Shown: positions 48,249 to 58,224 of the stretch, in pieces
Numbering within the stretch: the stretch's first letter is position 1
Layout of the letters: the number at the start of each line of letters is the position of its first letter
DNA from: Spirochaetia bacterium
GTDB taxonomy: Bacteria > Spirochaetota > Spirochaetia > CADAEX01
Length of the DNA: 64,000 nucleotides
NCBI GenBank assembly: GCA_963662795.1
Contig: OY759746.1
Location: 1,696,001-1,760,000, forward strand
Direction of reading: 5' to 3'
Position numbers and translations under genes: made by a program
Notes under the pieces: generated by a model
The model's database searches: none
What the model was told of the DNA's origin: nothing
Seen by the model: the letters and a program-made list of their open reading frames with translations, nothing else

Positions 48249-49679
48249 ATGAATGTTTTAAAAAGTGATTTTGCAAAATACAGAGAGAGACTTAAAACAA
48301 CAGATGCAGATTTGTTTAAAAAGGTAGACGCGTCTCCTTTTGATTTTAAAACAAAGGAACTGGCAAAAAAAGCAATTAAATACGAATCAACCGGATCTAT
48401 AGGATATGCGATCTATAATATGCCTCCTGTAATTGAAAGTGGTAAAGGTGCATATTTGTATGATGCTGATGGAAAAGAATATATAGATTTTCTGGTAGGC
48501 TTCAGTGTATCAGCGCTTGGTAACAATAATCCGGAAGTTACAAAGATTATTCAAAGACAGGCCGAAAAATTAACCCATTTTTTTGATTTCCCTCACATAG
48601 AAAGGGTTAGTTTTGCTGAAGATCTCTGCAAAAACTCAAAAATGTCGGGGGATACGAAAGTTGTCTGGGGAGTTACAGGTTCTGATGCCATCGAACTTGC
48701 AACAAGGGCCGCAAGGTATTACACAGGAAAACCTTATATTCTGACTGCGTATGGTGATTATCACGGTGTAACCTATGGAACCATGGGTCTTACAAGTAAA
48801 GGTGGAATGCAGCCCTATTTTTATCCTGTAAGACCGATCAGTGATGTCGGATATTTCAACTTTCCGCATGACTACAGAAAACCAGGCGATAAATACCCTG
48901 GTTACGGTATGGAAGCAATAAAGATGCTCGAAAGGTCTCTTGACGGGAAAGAAACACCTTTCGGCGACGGCTGCAACAAGATTAATAATGTAGCAGCAAT
49001 ACTCGTAGAACCGTTTCAGAGTTCAGCAGGCTATTATATTCCTCCTGTTGCGTATCTCCAGGAGCTTAGAAGGATCTGTGACAAGTTTGGTATCCTTTTG
49101 ATAGTTGATGAAATTCAGGCAGGACTTGGAAGAAGCGGAAAGTTGTGGGCTTTTGAACATGCCGGAATTGAACCGGATATGATTTGTACTTCAAAGGCTC
49201 TTGGCGGAGGGTTGCCTCTTGCTGCTGTTATTTCAAGGGCTGAAATATTAAGTGAATGGGGAGCCGGAGCTCATGTTTCAACACAGGCAGGAAATGTACT
49301 TGCATGTGCTGCCGGGCATTATGTCTTTAATCAGATAAACAATGAGAAATTCCTTGCGAATGTAAATGAAATGGGCGCATATTTCCGTGATGGACTTAAA
49401 GCACTTCAGGAAAAGCATAAAATCATCGGTTATATCGATAATCAGGGTTTATACACAGGAATTGAGCTTATTAAAGACAGAGATACAAAAGAACCTGCAA
49501 TTGAAGCTACAACCTATGTAAGGGATGCAAGTCTCAGGGAAGGCCTCCTCTTTGAAAAAGGCGGCTATTATCACAATAGACTTCAAATTATACCTCCTCT
49601 CAACGTAACAAAAGAAGTTCTTGATAAAGCATTGGCAATTTTTGACAAGGTTTTCGGCGAAGCCGGAAAACTGATATAG
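48249..49679 (+). CDS. Class III PLP aminotransferase (GabT-like)
   Basis: GKGAYLYDADGKEYIDF, TGSDA, YHG, EPFQ, DEIQAGLGRSG, SKALGGG. Confidence 0.92.
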   Translation: MNVLKSDFAKYRERLKTTDADLFKKVDASPFDFKTKELAKKAIKYESTGSIGYAIYNMPPVIESGKGAYLYDADGKEYIDFLVGFSVSALGNNNPEVTKIIQRQAEKLTHFFDFPHIERVSFAEDLCKNSKMSGDTKVVWGVTGSDAIELATRAARYYTGKPYILTAYGDYHGVTYGTMGLTSKGGMQPYFYPVRPISDVGYFNFPHDYRKPGDKYPGYGMEAIKMLERSLDGKETPFGDGCNKINNVAAILVEPFQSSAGYYIPPVAYLQELRRICDKFGILLIVDEIQAGLGRSGKLWAFEHAGIEPDMICTSKALGGGLPLAAVISRAEILSEWGAGAHVSTQAGNVLACAAGHYVFNQINNEKFLANVNEMGAYFRDGLKALQEKHKIIGYIDNQGLYTGIELIKDRDTKEPAIEATTYVRDASLREGLLFEKGGYYHNRLQIIPPLNVTKEVLDKALAIFDKVFGEAGKLI

Positions 49680-49691
49680 GGGGGACGAACT

Positions 49692-50699
49692 ATGAAAAAA
49701 TTCATGAATAAACCTGAAAAATTTGTTGATGAAATGCTTGAAGGAATTCTTTCGGCATATCCAAAACAACTTAATCATGCCGGCAACGATCTGAGATGCA
49801 TAATAAAAAAGAATGCAGGAAACAAAAAGAAGGTTGGACTTGCGTCAGGCGGCGGCTCAGGGCATCTTCCTGTGTTTATGGGATATGTCGGAGAGGGGAT
49901 GCTTGACGGATGTGCTGTCGGAGGTGTTTTTCAGTCTCCCAGCGCCGAGCAGATGCTTGAAGTAACCAAAGCAGTTGATGCCGGTATGGGTGTTGTATAT
50001 ATCTACGGGAATTACAGCGGAGATATCATCAATTTTGAAATGGCTCAAGAAATGGCTGAAATGGAGGATATAAAGATAAAGCATGTTCTCGGGGCAGATG
50101 ATGTTGCTTCAGCACCAAAAGGTGAAGAGAAAAAACGCCGCGGGGTTGCCGGTATATTTTACATTTTTAAGATTGCCGGAGCGCTGGCTGATGAAGGGGC
50201 GGATATTGATGCTGTAACAGCTATTGCGGAAAAAACCGGCAAACATGTCAGAACAATGGGTGTGGCTCTAACCCCATGTATTATTCCGGAAGTAGGAAAA
50301 CCATCATTTATACTCGCTGAAAATGAGATGGAAATAGGTATGGGTATCCATGGTGAGCCTGGAATCCGGCGCGGAAAACTCATGCCCGCTGATGATGTTG
50401 TTGATGAGATGATGGATGCAATACTTTTTGACCATGAACTTTCTGATGGCGATGAGGTTTCGGTACTTGTAAACGGTCTAGGTGGAACACCAAAAGAGGA
50501 ACTCTTCATCATATATAGAAGAATTAATCAGATCTTAAGCAAGAAAAAAATCAGTGTTTTTAATGTGTATTCAGGTGAATACGCAACATCAATGGAAATG
50601 GCGGGATTTTCAATTTCAATTTTGAAACTTGATTCCCAGTTGAAAAAATATCTTTCAAAGCCTGCCAATACACCTTTTTTTACGCAGATACAGCTTTAA
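49692..50699 (+). CDS. dhaK: Dihydroxyacetone kinase-like substrate-binding subunit
   Basis: SGGGSGHLP, NYSGD, RRGVAG, GMGIHGEPG, VNGLGGTP. Confidence 0.9.
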   Translation: MKKFMNKPEKFVDEMLEGILSAYPKQLNHAGNDLRCIIKKNAGNKKKVGLASGGGSGHLPVFMGYVGEGMLDGCAVGGVFQSPSAEQMLEVTKAVDAGMGVVYIYGNYSGDIINFEMAQEMAEMEDIKIKHVLGADDVASAPKGEEKKRRGVAGIFYIFKIAGALADEGADIDAVTAIAEKTGKHVRTMGVALTPCIIPEVGKPSFILAENEMEIGMGIHGEPGIRRGKLMPADDVVDEMMDAILFDHELSDGDEVSVLVNGLGGTPKEELFIIYRRINQILSKKKISVFNVYSGEYATSMEMAGFSISILKLDSQLKKYLSKPANTPFFTQIQL

Positions 50700-50718
50700 G
50701 TATCAGGGAAGGCTGGAT

Positions 50719-51351
50719 TTGACAGTTATTGGAATTAAGGAAACAAAAGAGATTATCAGGCGGATTAGTTTGATCATGATTGAGAAAAAAAATTTCCTGA
50801 TCGAACTTGACAGTGTTGTGGGGGATGGAGATCTGGGCATTACAATGGAAAAGGCCTTTTTATCTGCTGATGCGCTGCAATGCGATGAGGAAAAATTCCC
50901 AGGCAGGTATTTTATGCAGGCTGGTATTGCTATGGCCAAGGCTGCCCCTTCTACAATGGGCACATTGGTCGCTACAGGGTTTATGCGGGGAGGCAAGGCT
51001 GTAAAAGACAAAGAAAAGCTTTACAGTGACGATTTGTATTATTTCTTTAAGGCTTTTATGGATGGAATAATGGAAAGGGGAAAAACAAAAACAGGTGAAA
51101 AAACAATTGTTGATGTCCTGGAGTATATTGTAAAGGCTTTAAAAGAGAACATTGATAAAACACTTGAAGAATCGTTATCCGCTGGAATAGCTGCTGCTGA
51201 AACCGGCCTTGCGGCTACAAAAAGCATGATGGCACAACATGGAAAGGCAGCAGTATTCAGAGAGAAAACAATAGGTCTGCAGGACCAGGGTGGAACTGCA
51301 TGTCTTTATATATTTCAGGGATTTAAAGAAGCAGTTCTTGAACAGGAGTAA
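50719..51351 (+). CDS. dhaL: Dihydroxyacetone kinase-like nucleotide-binding subunit
   Basis: LDSVVGDGDLG, PSTMGTL, GEKTIVD, HGKA, DQG. Confidence 0.9.
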   Translation: MTVIGIKETKEIIRRISLIMIEKKNFLIELDSVVGDGDLGITMEKAFLSADALQCDEEKFPGRYFMQAGIAMAKAAPSTMGTLVATGFMRGGKAVKDKEKLYSDDLYYFFKAFMDGIMERGKTKTGEKTIVDVLEYIVKALKENIDKTLEESLSAGIAAAETGLAATKSMMAQHGKAAVFREKTIGLQDQGGTACLYIFQGFKEAVLEQE

Positions 51352-51354
51352 AAG

Positions 51355-51858
51355 ATGATGAATGAAATCAGGGTTGAAGTGATATCGAAAGATTCATTTT
51401 CAGGTCTTGGCTTTGGAACAGTAATTGAAGCAGGGGATATCAGGGCGGATACGGAAACAGGACAGTTTAACTGGTGGAATAAGCTCGCCGTTATCACACA
51501 TAAGGAATGTTCTCTTGGAATGGTAGAGGCCCAGCCTGTAGAAAAGGTTAAAAACAGCTCTTTCGAACATCATGGAAAAACAACAGAGATGTTGATACCG
51601 ACAACTACTGATGTATATCTTTTCCTTGGTAAGGGGAAAAGCGGGAAAAAAGAGGAATTGGACCTTAAAAGTGTCAAAGCTTTTAAGCTTAAGGCGGGGC
51701 AGGCTGTAGTTCTTGATCCATATATCTGGCACTGCGCTCCGATCGCCGGGGAAAAAATACCTACCAGAATATTTGTTCTTTTTGAAAACGGTACACCTGA
51801 AGATGATTTTTTTGCCTACAATACAGCTGAAAAAGAAAATATTGTTTTTAAAATATAA
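51355..51858 (+). CDS. Ureidoglycolate lyase-like cupin
   Basis: F..FG.VI, EHH..T.E, WHCAP pattern. Confidence 0.7.
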   Translation: MMNEIRVEVISKDSFSGLGFGTVIEAGDIRADTETGQFNWWNKLAVITHKECSLGMVEAQPVEKVKNSSFEHHGKTTEMLIPTTTDVYLFLGKGKSGKKEELDLKSVKAFKLKAGQAVVLDPYIWHCAPIAGEKIPTRIFVLFENGTPEDDFFAYNTAEKENIVFKI

Positions 51859-51877
51859 TTCATAAGGAGTAAACGGC

Positions 51878-53038
51878 ATGTATAGTTTTGATATTACATC
51901 CCCTACAAGAATAATTGCTGAAAAAAATGGTTATAAAAAAATTGGTGAAATAACGAAAAAATATGGAGCCGAAGCACTCCTGGTCACAGGCCGGAGTTCA
52001 CTTAAAAAAAGCGGTTTGGAAGCTGAAATAATTAAGCTTCTTGAATCCAGCGGAATCAGCATCACCCTTTTTGACGGTGTTGAGACAAATCCGACAAGAC
52101 AGAAAATGAATGAAGGCGGTAAAACTGCAAAGAAAGCGGGAATAGATGTTGTTGTCGGCGTCGGAGGCGGGAGTGTTCTTGATACTGCTAAAGGAATTGC
52201 TGCAATTGCAGGAATGGGATTGGAAGATGTATGGGATTTTGTCGGAGGGAAAAAGGCGACTGATGAGGTTTTACCGATAGTCGCAATTCCGACAACAGCC
52301 GGAACAGGAAGCGAGGTGACTCCCTATACGGTAATCAGTGATTTTGAACTTGAGTTGAAAGAGGGTTTTATGAGTCAATACACTATTCCCAAAGTTGCAA
52401 TTCTTGATCCTCTTGTTATGAAATCAGCAACACCTGAGCTTACAGCAAATGCAGGAATTGATGCCTTTGCCCACGCTGCTGAATCATACCTTACAAAGCT
52501 TGCCCATCCGCTTTCAGATATGTATGGAATGCAGGCCGTTAAGCTTATCTTTGAAAATCTTGAAAAAGCTTGCAAAGACCCTGATGATCTTGATGCTAGG
52601 ATGAATATGGCCCTGGCAAGTACTCTGGCGGGAATTGCGATTTCCTATGTTGATGTAATTATTGCCCATCATGCAAGTGAAGCAATAGGAGCAGTTTTTC
52701 ATACCCACCATGGTTTGACGGCGGGAATTCTGCTTATTCCTGCAATTGAATTTAATTATGAAGAATGTAAAGAAAAACTCTATTCATTGGGTGTCGCTAT
52801 TGATCCGTCGATTTCAGCATTGACTGTTGAGGACGGTGCGCACAGGACCATAAAATTAATTAAAAATTTATATTCAAAGATTGGAATTCCTGAAAATCTG
52901 GGATCTATTGGCGTTAACAGCGGCCAGAAAGCTAAAATTATGGCAATCATGGAAAACCGGATGGGAGACCTGAAAGCGGGAAATCCAAAAGAGATGAATA
53001 TGAAGAGTATCGATCAATTTATAACTAAAGTACTTTAA
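51878..53038 (+). CDS. Iron-containing alcohol dehydrogenase
   Basis: NPT, GGGSVLDTAK, PTTAGTGSEVT, DAFAHAAE, HH..., HHG. Confidence 0.93.
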   Translation: MYSFDITSPTRIIAEKNGYKKIGEITKKYGAEALLVTGRSSLKKSGLEAEIIKLLESSGISITLFDGVETNPTRQKMNEGGKTAKKAGIDVVVGVGGGSVLDTAKGIAAIAGMGLEDVWDFVGGKKATDEVLPIVAIPTTAGTGSEVTPYTVISDFELELKEGFMSQYTIPKVAILDPLVMKSATPELTANAGIDAFAHAAESYLTKLAHPLSDMYGMQAVKLIFENLEKACKDPDDLDARMNMALASTLAGIAISYVDVIIAHHASEAIGAVFHTHHGLTAGILLIPAIEFNYEECKEKLYSLGVAIDPSISALTVEDGAHRTIKLIKNLYSKIGIPENLGSIGVNSGQKAKIMAIMENRMGDLKAGNPKEMNMKSIDQFITKVL

Positions 53039-53066
53039 GTGCTTTGAATATTTTAGGAGGAAGGAA

Positions 53067-54068
53067 ATGAAAAAATTATTGCTGATTATGCTGGTTTTTC
53101 TGCTGACATTTGGTTCTGTCTTTGCAGGCGGGAAAAAAGAAGAAGCACAGGGAGGGCTTGATAAAATAACCCTGCGAACAAACTGGCTTTGGTACGGGTC
53201 ACATTCGGTATTTTTCCTCGGAATAAATAAAGGCTTTTATGAGGAAGAGGGAATTGATCTGACAGTAAAACAGGGGAATGGTTCCGGAAGCACAGTAAGG
53301 CTTGTCGCAAATAAGGACAGTACATTTGCGTATGCTTCAGCAGGGGCTTTAATTAACCTTGCCGCTACAGGAGCTCCTGTTGTTTCAATCGCAACAATCG
53401 ACGCTACAGGAGTTGATGCTGTTATTGCAAGGCCTGATTCAGGAATTAAAACTCCGAAAGATCTTGAAGGTAAAAAAATATTGACTACTGCGTCAGCCGG
53501 TGTAAACTTATTCTTTCCGCTTTTCTGTAAAAATGCCGGTGTTGATATAAATAAAGTTCAGTTGACCAATGTAGCTGACAGCGCAATTGTCCCCAGTTAC
53601 TTGCAGAATCTTGCCCCTGCAATTCTCGGAGGACTGGATGACAAACCAGCTGAAATAGTGGCAAATGGAGGAGCTGAACCTGTTACTTTTAATTATGCGG
53701 ATTATGGTGTAGATCAGCCGGGATATGCTCTTGTAGCACATACTGATATGGTTAAAAACAATCCTGATCTTGTACAGAGATTTGTGAGAGCAACCCTTAA
53801 ATCTGTTGCATATGCTGAAAAAAATCCGGACGAGGCAATTGACGCACTTATTGACTGGTCAGCAAATACAGGGGAAAATAAAACTCAGGCCAGAAGGGTT
53901 CTTGATGTGACCTTGTCTATTTTGTACTCGAATAATAATAAAGATAAAAAACTTGGTTTGAACGTACCAGCAGACTGGGAAAGCGCTGTTAAACTGATGA
54001 AAGAATATAATGATCTTAAAACCGATAGAAAAGTTACAGATTTTTACACAAATAAATTTATCAAATAA
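53067..54068 (+). CDS. NMT1/THI5-like ABC substrate-binding protein
   Basis: W...GSH, GFYEEEG, GNGS, TPKDLEGK; leader FAGGKKE. Confidence 0.85.
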   Translation: MKKLLLIMLVFLLTFGSVFAGGKKEEAQGGLDKITLRTNWLWYGSHSVFFLGINKGFYEEEGIDLTVKQGNGSGSTVRLVANKDSTFAYASAGALINLAATGAPVVSIATIDATGVDAVIARPDSGIKTPKDLEGKKILTTASAGVNLFFPLFCKNAGVDINKVQLTNVADSAIVPSYLQNLAPAILGGLDDKPAEIVANGGAEPVTFNYADYGVDQPGYALVAHTDMVKNNPDLVQRFVRATLKSVAYAEKNPDEAIDALIDWSANTGENKTQARRVLDVTLSILYSNNNKDKKLGLNVPADWESAVKLMKEYNDLKTDRKVTDFYTNKFIK

Positions 54069-54074
54069 TTACAT

Positions 54075-54106
54075 GAGGGCTGGGGTTGTTTCCCCGGCCC
54101 TCTTTT
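54075..54106 (+). terminator. Stem-loop with U-tract after the binding-protein gene
   Basis: GAGGGCTGGGG-ttgttt-CCCCGGCCCTC-TTTT. Confidence 0.7.
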
Positions 54107-54122
54107 AGCAGGTGGTTGAGAA

Positions 54123-54893
54123 ATGGAGAAAGGGTACATACAAATAGAAGAGTTACAGAAGATTTACAAGACAAGACTGGGCCCTGTTCATGCTCTTGGT
54201 CCGGTATCAATGAACATTGCTGAAGGAGAATTTGTTTCATTCCTGGGTCCTTCAGGATGCGGTAAAAGTACTCTTCTCATGATGATTGCAGGGCTTTTAA
54301 GTCACTCGGAAGGTAAAATTACAATAAATAATAAGGTTGTAAAGGATCCTCAGATTGATGTTGGAATAGTCTTTCAAAAACCAGTGTTGGTTGACTGGAG
54401 GGATGTTATCGGGAATGTAATGCTTCAGATTGAGATGCGCAAGCTTGACCGTGAAAAATATCTGCCAAGGGCAAAAGAGCTGCTGACATCAGTGGGTCTC
54501 GCTGATTTTATGACAAACAGGCCGTATGAACTTTCAGGCGGTATGCAGCAGAGAACTTCTTTCTGCAGGTCCTTGGTGCATGATCCTCCAATGATTTTAA
54601 TGGATGAACCGTTAGGCGCGCTTGATGCAATGACCAGAAACCAGCTTAGAGGGGATCTTGAAAAATTGTGGATGGATACCAAGAAAACATTATTGTTTGT
54701 TACACACGATATTGCTGAGGCAATACAACTGTCCGACAGAATAATTATTATTACACCTCGTCCTGGTAAGGTAGGAAAAATAATTGATATAAATCTTCCG
54801 CGGCCAAGAGACCTGGAAGTCAGGACTAGTAAGGAATTTATTGAATACGAAAAAGAGATAACAGATATTTTCATGAGCTATGGAGTTATGTGA
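54123..54893 (+). CDS. ABC ATP-binding protein (TauB/SsuB-like)
   Basis: GPSGCGKST, LSGGMQQR, MDEPLGALDA, VTHD. Confidence 0.93.
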   Translation: MEKGYIQIEELQKIYKTRLGPVHALGPVSMNIAEGEFVSFLGPSGCGKSTLLMMIAGLLSHSEGKITINNKVVKDPQIDVGIVFQKPVLVDWRDVIGNVMLQIEMRKLDREKYLPRAKELLTSVGLADFMTNRPYELSGGMQQRTSFCRSLVHDPPMILMDEPLGALDAMTRNQLRGDLEKLWMDTKKTLLFVTHDIAEAIQLSDRIIIITPRPGKVGKIIDINLPRPRDLEVRTSKEFIEYEKEITDIFMSYGVM

Positions 54894-55672
54894 TGGATTA
54901 TTTTCATAGAATATTAGGAAAAACAAAGGAATCCGGCGCGACAATAATTCTTTTTATAGCTCTCTTTTTCTTTTGGGAGTTTTATGTCAGAATATTCAAT
55001 GTTCAGCTCTATATTTTACCTCCGCCTTCGCTGATATTTTCAGGTCTGATAGAAAATATTGCTCTTATCTGGGAATATTCACTTGTCTCTATGACTGAAG
55101 CTTATACGGGTTTTTTTATAGCGCTTTTCATATCAATCCCTTTGTCTTTGATGATTGCCTTTTCCAAACTGTTAATGAGTACTGTATTTCCTTCGTTTGT
55201 AACACTTGAAATGGTACCAAAGATTGCTTTTGCGCCGTTGTTTATAATATGGTTTGGACTGGGGTCTCTGTCTAAATTACTTGTTGTTTTTTTGGTCTGT
55301 TTTTTCCCGATAATAATCAATGGAATTTTCGGATTTTCTTCATTGTCACAGGATCATGAATATCTTATTACATCAACCGGAGCAACTAAAATAAATGCTT
55401 TTTTTAAAATACGGCTTCCGGCAGCACTGCCGAGTTTATTTGTAGGCATTAAAGGGGCGGCTATTGCTGCTACTATCGGTGCTACAATTGCTGAATGGGT
55501 AAGCGGCAATTCAGGTCTTGGATATTATATTCAGGTTTCTTCGTCAAATTTTAAAATGGATATGGCAATAGCTGCTATTATTATGCTGACGATTATAGGG
55601 CTTGTATTATACTGGTTCGTACTAATGGTTGAAAAGCTGATAATTCCATGGCATGAATCTCAGAGAAGGTAG
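54893..55672 (+). CDS. ABC permease (TauC/SsuC-like) 1
   Basis: ILPPPS, PKIAFAPL..WFG, FFPI, KIRLPAALP. Confidence 0.92.
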   Translation: MDYFHRILGKTKESGATIILFIALFFFWEFYVRIFNVQLYILPPPSLIFSGLIENIALIWEYSLVSMTEAYTGFFIALFISIPLSLMIAFSKLLMSTVFPSFVTLEMVPKIAFAPLFIIWFGLGSLSKLLVVFLVCFFPIIINGIFGFSSLSQDHEYLITSTGATKINAFFKIRLPAALPSLFVGIKGAAIAATIGATIAEWVSGNSGLGYYIQVSSSNFKMDMAIAAIIMLTIIGLVLYWFVLMVEKLIIPWHESQRR

Positions 55673-55681
55673 GTTAAAATA

Positions 55682-56482
55682 ATGGAAGCAGCTAAAAAAA
55701 TAAAGTTATGGTTTGAAGAAAAAAATATAGTAATAATCTTTACGATACTATTCTTCCTTATATGGGAGATTGCAGTATTTGTTTTTAAATTACCTTCTTA
55801 TATTTTACCCTCTCCGATACATATATTGATTGAGCTTAAGAATAATATATCTATATTGATGCAGTTCACTTTTGTTACAGCCTATGAATCTTTTTTGGGA
55901 GTTTTTCTGGCTGCAATCATAGGAGTACCGCTGGCATTGTTAATAACATTTTCAGACTTTCTGAAAAAAACGGTTTATCCTCTTGTTGTTTCAATCCAGC
56001 TTGTTCCTAAAATTGCGCTTGCTCCTTTATTTGTAACCTGGTTTGGGTATGGACTTGCACCAAAGATAATCATAGTTTTTTTGTTATGTTTCTTTCCGAT
56101 TATTTTAAACAGCCTGCTTGGTTTTATGTCCATTAATAAAGAGTATGAAACATTTATCAAGTCTACAGGGGCAGGCCCCATAACCGCATTTTTCAAAATT
56201 AGATTTCCATTTGCTCTTCCTTATATATTTCTAGGGTTCAGGTGGGCTGCTGTCAATGCAACTGTTGGGGCAACAATAGGAGAATGGATCGGAGGAGATG
56301 CGGGATTGGGCTATTACATGCAAATTGCAACCGGCGACTTGAGAATGAATCTTGCTTTTGCAATTATTATCATGCTTGCGATCCTGGGATTAATTCTCCT
56401 TGAAGCAGTAAAATATCTGGAAAAAAAGGTAATCCCATGGCATTCTTCCCAGAGAAACAAAGAAGAAAAAAGATTAGTGTAA
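55682..56482 (+). CDS. ABC permease (TauC/SsuC-like) 2
   Basis: ILPSP, PKIALAPL..WFG, KIRFPFALP; paralog of the preceding permease. Confidence 0.92.
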   Translation: MEAAKKIKLWFEEKNIVIIFTILFFLIWEIAVFVFKLPSYILPSPIHILIELKNNISILMQFTFVTAYESFLGVFLAAIIGVPLALLITFSDFLKKTVYPLVVSIQLVPKIALAPLFVTWFGYGLAPKIIIVFLLCFFPIILNSLLGFMSINKEYETFIKSTGAGPITAFFKIRFPFALPYIFLGFRWAAVNATVGATIGEWIGGDAGLGYYMQIATGDLRMNLAFAIIIMLAILGLILLEAVKYLEKKVIPWHSSQRNKEEKRLV

Positions 56483-56502
56483 TCAAACAAGGAAATAAAT
56501 AC

Positions 56503-57252
56503 ATGAAAAATAGACTATCAGACAACAAACTACTACAGCTTAAAAGATGGAATACTCCGACAATTTACAATGGCTGGGAAATAATTACAAAGAGGGACAG
56601 AACAAAGGGTTTTAACCTTGAGGAGACACATGATTTTATGCCGAGCCTTGGGGTAATGGTCGGTTATGCTGTGACTGTCGTTTGTGAACCGTCGAATCCT
56701 GAGCATTCTAAAAAGGAAGGGGTCTGGAGCGAGTATAGAAAATATATCGCAGGCATACCCGGGCCGAAAATTGTTGTTGTTCAGGATTTGGATAAACCCG
56801 CTGTAATCGGGTCTTTCTGGGGGGAAGTGAATGCCAATACTCACAGGGCATTAGGTTGTGTCGGTACAATAACTGATGGTGCTGTAAGGGATGTTGAAGA
56901 AATGACAAATGCCGGATTTAAAGGTATCGCACGAAGAATGTGTGTGGGACATGCCTATGTAACACCGGTCAGATGGGGCTGTGAAGTTGATGTTTTTGGA
57001 TGTAAAATCAAACCCGGGGATCTCATACATGCCGATAAACATGGGTTTCTTGTTATACCGGACGAAGATCAGGAACATATAGTTGAGGCGTCTCTGTTTA
57101 TGGACAGCAATGAGTGCAATTCCGTAATTCCTGCCGCCAGATTTTCACAGTGTAAATCAAAAGATGAAGTGCTTGAAAGTCTAGATGAGGCAGATCGGAA
57201 ATTTGATAAAGCTGTAATGGATAAATTCGGAAAGGAAGGGGAGTGGAAATAG
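56503..57252 (+). CDS. RraA/HMG-aldolase family protein
   Basis: TPTIYN, GYAVT, WGEV, TDGAVRD, PGDLIHADKHG. Start ATG 56503 after AAGGA. Confidence 0.85.
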   Translation: MKNRLSDNKLLQLKRWNTPTIYNGWEIITKRDRTKGFNLEETHDFMPSLGVMVGYAVTVVCEPSNPEHSKKEGVWSEYRKYIAGIPGPKIVVVQDLDKPAVIGSFWGEVNANTHRALGCVGTITDGAVRDVEEMTNAGFKGIARRMCVGHAYVTPVRWGCEVDVFGCKIKPGDLIHADKHGFLVIPDEDQEHIVEASLFMDSNECNSVIPAARFSQCKSKDEVLESLDEADRKFDKAVMDKFGKEGEWK

Positions 57253-58209
57253 GTGAAAGCAGTTATTCTTGACGGGTTTACACTGAATCCCGGCGATATT
57301 GGATGGGGAGACCTTGAAAATGTATGCGACTTTACAATCCATGACAGAACCGATGCCGCTGATGTTGTCGAAAGATCAAAAAATGCAGAAATAATACTTA
57401 CAAATAAGACACCAATTTCAGGTGCAGATATGCAAAGACTTCCGGCGCTTAAATATATATGTGTACTTGCAACTGGATATAATGTAATAGATGTTAAAGC
57501 AGCAAAGAACAGGGGTATTATTGTTGCCAATATTCCAGCCTATGGCACACCCGCTGTTGCCCAGATGACTTTTGCACTTCTGCTTGAGTTGTGTCATCAT
57601 GTACAGAGACACTCTGATACAGTAAAGGATGGAGACTGGTCAAGAGGGCCTGATTTTTGTTATTGGAATTATCCTCTTATTGAATTAATCGAAAAAACTA
57701 TTGGAATAATCGGCTTCGGGAAAATAGGGCAGAATGTTTCGAGAATTGCAACTGCGTTCGGTATGAAAGTTATTGCCTATGATCAGGTCAGATTTGACGT
57801 AAAATCTATTGAATTTGAATGGGTAGATATTGATGCGATTTTCAGGAAATCCGATGTCCTGTCGCTTCATTGTCCGCTCTTCCCTGAAACGGAAAAAATT
57901 GTAAATAAAAAAAATATTGATAAAATGAAGAAAAGCGCTTTCCTGATCAATACCTCAAGGGGAGCACTTGTAAATGATTTTGATCTTGCTGATGCCCTTA
58001 ATAATGAAATTATTGCAGGTGCAGCCCTTGATGTTTTATCAGACAGGGAACCACCTGATATCAATAATCCTTTAATGAAGACTAAAAACTGCATAATTAC
58101 ACCGCATATTTCATGGGCGGCAAAAGAAGCCAGAATCAGGCTTTTAGATATTGCAATAAAAAATGTAAAATCATACCTTAATGGTGTGCCAATCAATACA
58201 GTAACTTAG
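57253..58209 (+). CDS. D-2-hydroxyacid dehydrogenase (glycerate dehydrogenase/hydroxypyruvate reductase type)
   Basis: LDGFTLNPGD, ATGYN, NIPAY, DFCYW, LHCPL, TPHISWA. Confidence 0.92.
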   Translation: MKAVILDGFTLNPGDIGWGDLENVCDFTIHDRTDAADVVERSKNAEIILTNKTPISGADMQRLPALKYICVLATGYNVIDVKAAKNRGIIVANIPAYGTPAVAQMTFALLLELCHHVQRHSDTVKDGDWSRGPDFCYWNYPLIELIEKTIGIIGFGKIGQNVSRIATAFGMKVIAYDQVRFDVKSIEFEWVDIDAIFRKSDVLSLHCPLFPETEKIVNKKNIDKMKKSAFLINTSRGALVNDFDLADALNNEIIAGAALDVLSDREPPDINNPLMKTKNCIITPHISWAAKEARIRLLDIAIKNVKSYLNGVPINTVT

Positions 58210-58224
58210 GCAAGAGCCTCGAAC

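Noticed and set aside
56503-57252. RNase E inhibitor or menG methyltransferase annotation
   Set aside because: Operon context and the retained DG..RD motif favour an aldolase/decarboxylase-type enzyme.
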